A stretch of 33,510 nt of DNA from an uncultured Atopobium sp. (GTDB taxonomy: Bacteria; Actinomycetota; Coriobacteriia; Coriobacteriales; Atopobiaceae), in the NCBI GenBank assembly GCA_938038135.1, contig CALHQT010000031.1, forward strand, positions 1 to 33,510, given 5' to 3'. How positions within the stretch are numbered: the first letter of the stretch is position 1; every line of letters begins with the position of its first letter. A program made the translations under genes and the position numbers. Below, piece after piece: positions 27,470 to 33,510 of the stretch. A model generated the notes under the pieces. It worked only from the letters and a program-made list of their open reading frames with translations, searched no databases and had not been told where the DNA came from.

Positions 27470-27703
27470 TTAGAGATTATGTTTCTTCATCCTTTGCTCA
27501 AAGAGCTCGTTGATGATCTTTGTCATCTCTTCAACTTGCTGATCACTAGGTTCATCCTCAAATGCAGCATAAAGCTCTGGATACTCCCGAGCGATAAGTT
27601 CACAAGACTTGCCCGTTGCATGCCCACGGACAAAAAACGGAATACGCTTAATGTATTCTGGATTCACGAGTGCCAAGATCTTCTCGTCTGCTGTCTTACT
27701 CAT
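27470..27703 (-). CDS. Small hypothetical protein (77 aa)
   Basis: AGGGGGAGG RBS; ATG overlaps the uvrC stop (ATGAGTAA); natural amino-acid composition. Confidence 0.75.
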   Translation of the reverse strand: MSKTADEKILALVNPEYIKRIPFFVRGHATGKSCELIAREYPELYAAFEDEPSDQQVEEMTKIINELFEQRMKKHNL

Positions 27704-29753
27704 GAGTTCCTCCCCTTGCATCTAACTTCTCATGTACAGCTGTTGAAGATTCTTCCCAAGATTTGAGTTCTTCATAAATAGTTTCTGCCAAGTTCACAGA
27801 AACACCTTTTACCTGAGAGATATCCTCAACACTTGCAGCCTTTAAGCGCTTAAAAGAGCCAAAATGGCGCATAATGTCTTTTTTACGTTTAGGCCCTACA
27901 CCAGGGATTTCGTCCAGAATAGAGACGGTCATTGCCTTATCTCTAAGCTCGCGATGGAAGGTAATTGCAAAACGGTGAGACTCGTCACGGACTTGCTTGA
28001 TGAGATACAGAGAAGCTGAACCTGTAGGTAACACAATTGGTGTGTCGTCCCAAGGTACAAAGACTTCCTCATCAGACTTGGCAAGGCCGCAGACAGGAAT
28101 ATCCAAGCCTAGCTCGTTGAGCTGATTGATGGCAGCGGTCAGCTGAGGTTTACCACCATCAACCACCAGCAAATCAGGACGTGAGCCAAAGCGCTCATCT
28201 GCCATGCGCTCCGGACTATACCTTCTGCCCAGGACCTCTGTCATTGAGACAAAGTCGTTTGCTTCATCAAGCTCAGCGCGGATTTTAAAGCGTCGATACT
28301 GGCTTTTATCAGCTTTTCCATTAGTAAAGACCACCATAGATGCAACGGTAAAGTTGCCATGAAGCGTAGAGATATCAAAGCACTCAATGCGCAGTGGCGG
28401 TGCATCAAGCGCAAGTGCGCTTTCAAGCTGAAGAAGCGCCTGGTTAGTGCGGTCGTCAGCATAACCCGTGCGAATCATGTGGCGCATCAGCGCATGACGA
28501 GCGTTAGCAGAAGCCATCTGGAGAAGACGGAACTTCTCGCCACGTTGTGGGTGGTGAAGCACACAGTTGTGGCCTCGTTTTTGCGTCAGCCACTCGGACA
28601 AAACCTCTGCGTCGAGAAGATCGATGGGCAGGTTAACCTCTGCGGGAATGTCAGCGGTTTCGTCGTAGTAGCGCTTCAGGAAGCCCGAAACCAGCTCTTC
28701 CTCGGAAACGTCCAAGCCTTTGTCCAGGATAAACTCAACTGAGCGGATGGTACGGCCTTCTCGCACAACAAACACGCAGGCAGCGGAGATAGTTTCTTCT
28801 CGGTAAATGCCAATGAGGTCAATGTTGACCGAGGTAGGAAACGTGACTTGCTGGCGGTCATCAAGATCAGAGAGTGAAGTCAGACGGGACTTGAGCCTAG
28901 CTGCCTTCTCAAAATCCAGGTCAGCAGCGGCTTCTTGCATCTGGTCTTTGAGCTCAGAGACAATCTCGGAGCGATTTCCGCGGAGGAAGTTCTCTACCTG
29001 CCTGACGTTCTTTGCATAGGAAACGGTATCAATGGCGCCCACGCACACACCAGGACCCTTGCCTACGTGGTAGTCAAAACAGGGACGTCCCTTCTTTGCC
29101 AGCAGCAGGTTAGCAACGGCTGCGCCGTCAGGGTCTTTTTCTAGCAGGCGCTTAGCACGCTTCCACTCTACACACGTAGCAGAGCAGATAGGCACTACTT
29201 TTCTGAGTGTCTCGATAGTCTGGCGCGCAGCGTAGGAATCAGTGTAGGGACCAAAATAACGTGTCCCCTTCTTGTGCTTCTCGCGCGTGTATTTAATTGC
29301 TGGGAAAGTATCTGACTCTGTAATAGCAATGTAGGGATAACTCTTATCGTCTTTAAAGTCCACGTTGAAGTAGGGACGATACTGAGCAATAAGATTACGC
29401 TCCAACACCAGTGCTTCGTGCTCGTTTTCTACCACGATGTAATCAAAACTACGTACAACCTGCATCATCAGAGGAATCTTGGCACGGTCATCTTGAAGCG
29501 TAACGTACTGCCTCATGCGGGCACGCAGATTTTTAGCTTTGCCTACATAGATAACCTTGCCAGAACCATCTTTCCAGAGATAACAACCTGGATTAGTAGG
29601 AACCTGATCAACCTGTTCTCTGATGGATACCAGGTCATCTGAAGGTTCGGAAGAAAATGACGGTGCAAGACCTGGTGCCCCCGAAGGCACGTAGTTGGGA
29701 TCAAGGTTGTTTTGAGAGCTATCTTTGCTACTTATAGCACCGCTTCTGGCCAT
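27696..29753 (-). CDS. uvrC: Excinuclease ABC subunit C
   Basis: GIY-YIG (PGCYLW..IYVGKAKNLR), DDKSYPY, RIECFDIS, VDGGKPQ, RDESHRFAI, HhH IPGVGPKR. Confidence 0.97.
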   Translation of the reverse strand: MARSGAISSKDSSQNNLDPNYVPSGAPGLAPSFSSEPSDDLVSIREQVDQVPTNPGCYLWKDGSGKVIYVGKAKNLRARMRQYVTLQDDRAKIPLMMQVVRSFDYIVVENEHEALVLERNLIAQYRPYFNVDFKDDKSYPYIAITESDTFPAIKYTREKHKKGTRYFGPYTDSYAARQTIETLRKVVPICSATCVEWKRAKRLLEKDPDGAAVANLLLAKKGRPCFDYHVGKGPGVCVGAIDTVSYAKNVRQVENFLRGNRSEIVSELKDQMQEAAADLDFEKAARLKSRLTSLSDLDDRQQVTFPTSVNIDLIGIYREETISAACVFVVREGRTIRSVEFILDKGLDVSEEELVSGFLKRYYDETADIPAEVNLPIDLLDAEVLSEWLTQKRGHNCVLHHPQRGEKFRLLQMASANARHALMRHMIRTGYADDRTNQALLQLESALALDAPPLRIECFDISTLHGNFTVASMVVFTNGKADKSQYRRFKIRAELDEANDFVSMTEVLGRRYSPERMADERFGSRPDLLVVDGGKPQLTAAINQLNELGLDIPVCGLAKSDEEVFVPWDDTPIVLPTGSASLYLIKQVRDESHRFAITFHRELRDKAMTVSILDEIPGVGPKRKKDIMRHFGSFKRLKAASVEDISQVKGVSVNLAETIYEELKSWEESSTAVHEKLDARGGTHE

Positions 29754-29754
29754 A

Positions 29755-31638
29755 CTATGACCTTACGCGAGAAACCAGTGAACGAAGCATGGCAGACTCT
29801 GGTGATTTGAAGAGAATTGCCAAGCCATAGGTAACCAAAACAGCTGGAATACCTGCAAAGATGCAGTACAGCACGCCATAGAGCGCTCGGCCGTCTGGTA
29901 CGCCAATAACGGCGCGCAGGCCCACCATAATAAGAAGTGCTGCAGCCGATCCTGCCAGGCCAAAAAGAATTGAACGAACAAATGCAAACACCATGGACGT
30001 AAGTCCAATCTGACCAAGGTGCTTACGCAGGCTGATCAACATAATGGTATCGATAACCACATAGAAGATGGCTGAAGTAGTTGCTACAAACATCATGCCA
30101 AAGTGAGAAGTACCCACCAGCAGCACTAAAACCTGCACGACAGAGCCAAGCGTTGCAGAAACAGCGTAGAGCGTCATACGACGCATAGCAGAGCAGACTT
30201 TTTGCAGGTACATGCCAATGCCATACAAAGGCAAAGCAAGCGACTGGCCAATCAAGAATTGCTGGGTTAACAGCAGTTGGTCTTCAGTGAACTTGCTTGC
30301 TCCAATAATAGAAACAAGAGGCATCGAGAAGATCATCAAGTACATCATGAACGGCACGGTAAAGAAAAGAATCTGGTTGATACCGTGCTTGAAGTCCTTC
30401 TTGAACTGGTCCATATTCTCTTTTGCCCAGCTATCGGACAGCTCGGTAAAGAGGGCTGTGGTAATAGGCACCGTCAAAATGGAATATGGCAGCGTGTACC
30501 AAAGACGAGCGTACGCCGCAACGGAAGCGCCCGATGCAGAAACACTGAGCTGCGAGCTTGTCTGCACCGACATAGTTACAAACGTGGCAACCACAACAAT
30601 CAGAGCAGGCGCGCCAATCTTGAGCGTCTCTTTAAGTGCGGGGTCTTTGAGGTTAATTCTCCACGAGAGCTTAATCCCCTTGCGCTTAAGTGACGGTACC
30701 TGAATCAGAACCTGAATCAAAACGCCCAGAGGATTTCCCAGCGCAAGAATAAGAAGACCCAGCTCAGGATTAGTGTTGACCAAGAAAGCATACGCAAAGA
30801 ACGATGCCGTAGTCACAAAGTTATTAAAAATAGGAGCTGCAGCTGGCCAGAGGTAGTCTCGCTCTGCATTCAAAACACCAGAGAAAATGGTGGAGAAGCA
30901 ATACAGCATAACCTCGATGACAAAGAACCTAAAGAAGTACACTGCCAGCGTTGGATCAAAATCAGCACCTGCCGAGAAGGACTGTGTATACACCACTTCT
31001 GCAGCAAAGAAGAAACCTAGAACAGCAACAAGTCCAGTTGCAACAACAACAATGGAAAGCAGGTTGGAAGTGTAGGCATTTGCCTCATCCTGTCCAACCT
31101 TCTTCTTAATAGAAAGATATACCGGCAAAAAAGCCGTGGTGAGCATTCCCGCACCAACAAGCTCATAGAGCTGGTCAGGAAGGGTGTTTGCAATGGAATA
31201 GCAGCTTGCAAGAACGGTTGCGCCCATAGCAAATGCCTGGGCCCAGGTTCTTAAAAAGCCCGTAATACGGCTAATCAGAACAAGCACGCTCATCATAGAG
31301 GTAGAACGGCTTAAGTCTTTTTGCTTGGACGCATCCTCTTCATCAGAAGAAGTCTCTTCACTATAAGAATTACCTGCGTCGAAGTTACCGTCTGACACAG
31401 GGCTGTTATCTGCCTCAGAGTTATCCTCTTCAGCAGCGGCCTCTTCGAGTTTCTGACTTACAATCTGCTCAAAGGCTTCATCCTCAATTGGTTGATGAAA
31501 CGTCTCTGGAACAACAATGGTGTCCACTACAGGAGGCTCATCAAAGGTCTGATCAAGAGCTTTGCTCAGAGTTTCTTCAGATAAGGTTCCATCAGAAGAC
31601 TCTGCTGAAAGTCGCATATGTTTGGGCTGATATGCCAC
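29755..31638 (-). CDS. murJ: Lipid II flippase MurJ/MviN with acidic N-terminal extension
   Basis: SRITGFLR, ANTLPDQLYEL, AFLPVY, APIFNN, many TM helices. Confidence 0.9.
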   Translation of the reverse strand: MAYQPKHMRLSAESSDGTLSEETLSKALDQTFDEPPVVDTIVVPETFHQPIEDEAFEQIVSQKLEEAAAEEDNSEADNSPVSDGNFDAGNSYSEETSSDEEDASKQKDLSRSTSMMSVLVLISRITGFLRTWAQAFAMGATVLASCYSIANTLPDQLYELVGAGMLTTAFLPVYLSIKKKVGQDEANAYTSNLLSIVVVATGLVAVLGFFFAAEVVYTQSFSAGADFDPTLAVYFFRFFVIEVMLYCFSTIFSGVLNAERDYLWPAAAPIFNNFVTTASFFAYAFLVNTNPELGLLILALGNPLGVLIQVLIQVPSLKRKGIKLSWRINLKDPALKETLKIGAPALIVVVATFVTMSVQTSSQLSVSASGASVAAYARLWYTLPYSILTVPITTALFTELSDSWAKENMDQFKKDFKHGINQILFFTVPFMMYLMIFSMPLVSIIGASKFTEDQLLLTQQFLIGQSLALPLYGIGMYLQKVCSAMRRMTLYAVSATLGSVVQVLVLLVGTSHFGMMFVATTSAIFYVVIDTIMLISLRKHLGQIGLTSMVFAFVRSILFGLAGSAAALLIMVGLRAVIGVPDGRALYGVLYCIFAGIPAVLVTYGLAILFKSPESAMLRSLVSRVRS

Positions 31639-32147
31639 TAGTGCACCTCGCGAACAATATCTGCAAACGTAGCCGATACAAATGAAGCTAAATCTTCTGG
31701 AGAAAGCGTTAAACTGAGCCCGCGTTTTCCACCAGAGATATGGATGAGCTCAAAAAGCTGAGCGGTCTCGTCAATTATAGTGGGAAATTGCTTTTTCATA
31801 CCAACGGGAGTACAGCCACCACGAACATAACCCGTTAAACCCTCAAGCTCTTTAACAGGCAGCATGGAAAGGTTCTTTTGACCGGATGCCGCTGCAGCCT
31901 TTTTAAGATCAAGCTCTTGGTCTACAGGAATACAACAGACCACATGCTCTCCGCTTGAAGACACGCAGACAAGCGTTTTGAACGCAGCGTCTGGATCTTC
32001 TCCAAGCATCTCTGCAATATGAGTTCCCAACTCACCAGAAGGAACGTCTTCGTCCACCTCGTAAGATTGGAGCTCGTAAGCAATGCCGGCAGCATCAAGC
32101 TCCCTCATGGCATTTGTCTTTTGAACCTTTGCCGTTTTTCTCGCCAT
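31638..32147 (-). CDS. ybaK: Cys-tRNA(Pro) deacylase YbaK/EbsC
   Basis: KTNAMRELD, FKTLV, LDLKKAA, TGYVRGGCTPVG, SGGKRG. Confidence 0.93.
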   Translation of the reverse strand: MARKTAKVQKTNAMRELDAAGIAYELQSYEVDEDVPSGELGTHIAEMLGEDPDAAFKTLVCVSSSGEHVVCCIPVDQELDLKKAAAASGQKNLSMLPVKELEGLTGYVRGGCTPVGMKKQFPTIIDETAQLFELIHISGGKRGLSLTLSPEDLASFVSATFADIVREVH

Positions 32148-32148
32148 G

Positions 32149-33510
32149 TTATGCGCGCTTCTTCTGAGCTTTTTTCTCTGCAGCTAGACGTGCATTATCA
32201 CGGTCAAGAATCTCTTTGAGGAACTTACCTGTGTGGCTTTCTGGAGTTGCCGCAACCTTTTCTGGCGCACCAGAAACAACTACGGTTCCACCGCCATCGC
32301 CACCTTCTGGACCCATATCAATTATCCAGTCGGCTGACTTTATGACATCCAAATTATGTTCAATAATAATCATACTATTACCACCCTCAACCAATTGTTG
32401 TAAAATCCCCAACAGTCGCTTTACGTCAGCAGAATGAAGCCCAGTGGTCGGCTCGTCCAGAATGTACATAGTTTTTCCAGTGGAACGCTTGGAGAGCTCC
32501 GTTGCCAATTTAATTCGCTGCGCCTCACCGCCTGAAAAAGTAGTTGCCGGCTGACCAAGTTTAATATAGCCAAGCCCAACCTCGACCAACGTCTGAAGTT
32601 TACGTGCAATATTCGGCACGCTATCAAAAAATTCTGCCGCTTGATCAATTGTCATATCCAAAACATCAGCAATCGTCTTGTCTTTATACTTAATTTCCAG
32701 CGCCTCGCGATTATAACGCTTACCGTGACACTCGTCACATTGAACGTAAACGTCCGGCAAAAAGTGCATTTCAATCTTTATCACACCATCGCCCTGGCAA
32801 TTTTCGCAGCGACCGCCTTTAACATTAAAGCTAAAGCGCCCAGATTTATAGCCTCGAACGTTAGCCTCGGGTGTACTAGCAAAAAGCTCGCGAATCGGCG
32901 TAAAAATTCCAGTGTAAGTCGCTGGATTGGAGCGCGGCGTTCGACCAATTGGCGACTGATCTATGACAATCGTCTTATCAAGCAAATTCACACCTTCTAT
33001 AGCGTCGTGCAACCCTGGCTCCGTCGTTTCGCGATTCAGCTCTGCCGCTAGTTCCCGCGCCACAATATCATTCACTAGCGTCGACTTTCCACTGCCAGAA
33101 ACACCAGACACTACGGTCATCAAACCCAAAGGAAACTCCACATCAATGTTCTTAAGATTATTTTCGCGAGCGCCACGAACAATCAGCTTTCTATCTTTCA
33201 CGACTTTGCGACGCTTTTTCGGAACGGCAATTTTTTCCGCCCCAGATAAATAGCGCCCCGTTATACTGTTCTCATTTTTCGCAACAATTTCAGGCGTCCC
33301 CATTGCCACCACTTGACCGCCATTCACGCCAGCACCTGGTCCCATATCAACCAGAAAATCACTCTGGCGAATCGTGTCCTCGTCGTGCTCAACCACCAAC
33401 ACAGAATTTCCTAAATCACGAAGGCGCTTCAACATATCAATCAGCTTATCGTTGTCGCGCTGATGAAGTCCAATTGACGGCTCATCCAGCACATAAAGCA
33501 CGCCCTGAAG
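32149..33510 (-). CDS. uvrA: Excinuclease ABC subunit A, 3' part (5' end outside the window)
   Basis: [37 protein letters not shown], zinc finger [26 protein letters not shown]. Confidence 0.97.
   Translation of the reverse strand, partial: LQGVLYVLDEPSIGLHQRDNDKLIDMLKRLRDLGNSVLVVEHDEDTIRQSDFLVDMGPGAGVNGGQVVAMGTPEIVAKNENSITGRYLSGAEKIAVPKKRRKVVKDRKLIVRGARENNLKNIDVEFPLGLMTVVSGVSGSGKSTLVNDIVARELAAELNRETTEPGLHDAIEGVNLLDKTIVIDQSPIGRTPRSNPATYTGIFTPIRELFASTPEANVRGYKSGRFSFNVKGGRCENCQGDGVIKIEMHFLPDVYVQCDECHGKRYNREALEIKYKDKTIADVLDMTIDQAAEFFDSVPNIARKLQTLVEVGLGYIKLGQPATTFSGGEAQRIKLATELSKRSTGKTMYILDEPTTGLHSADVKRLLGILQQLVEGGNSMIIIEHNLDVIKSADWIIDMGPEGGDGGGTVVVSGAPEKVAATPESHTGKFLKEILDRDNARLAAEKKAQKKRA

Noticed and set aside
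15661..27695. Calling the nan block a mobile element
   Set aside because: No recombinase, transposase or flanking direct repeats found; reported only as a synteny break

Overview
Bacterial chromosomal window in which essentially all genes lie on the minus strand. Gene content and protein style suggest Actinomycetota/Coriobacteriia (Atopobiaceae, Lancefieldella/Atopobium-like); this is inference, not a database result. Order in the direction of transcription (right to left): uvrA (3' part) - ybaK - murJ - uvrC - small hypothetical - AT-rich orphan membrane-anchored gene - sialic-acid utilisation cluster (family-5 ABC importer, two tandem CE7/AXE1-type esterase paralogs, nanA, nanK, nanE) - rapZ - whiA - gap - pgk - tpiA - secG - peptide ABC transporter (two permeases, fused double ATPase, separately terminated substrate-binding lipoprotein) - tRNA-Leu(GAG) - PAS/GAF-like SpoIIE/PP2C phosphatase - fused STAS + anti-sigma-kinase gene - 30-bp repeat array. 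Most notable points: (1) the nan locus carries an apparently active CE7 esterase translationally coupled to a paralog with Gly at the nucleophile Ser position; (2) a two-gene partner-switching module in which anti-anti-sigma and anti-sigma kinase are one polypeptide; (3) uvrA looks mosaic, with a foreign, possibly Saccharibacteria-like body and a host-like C-terminus (recombination or assembly chimera); (4) the nan block splits the usual uvrC-rapZ adjacency and yvcK is absent between rapZ and whiA.
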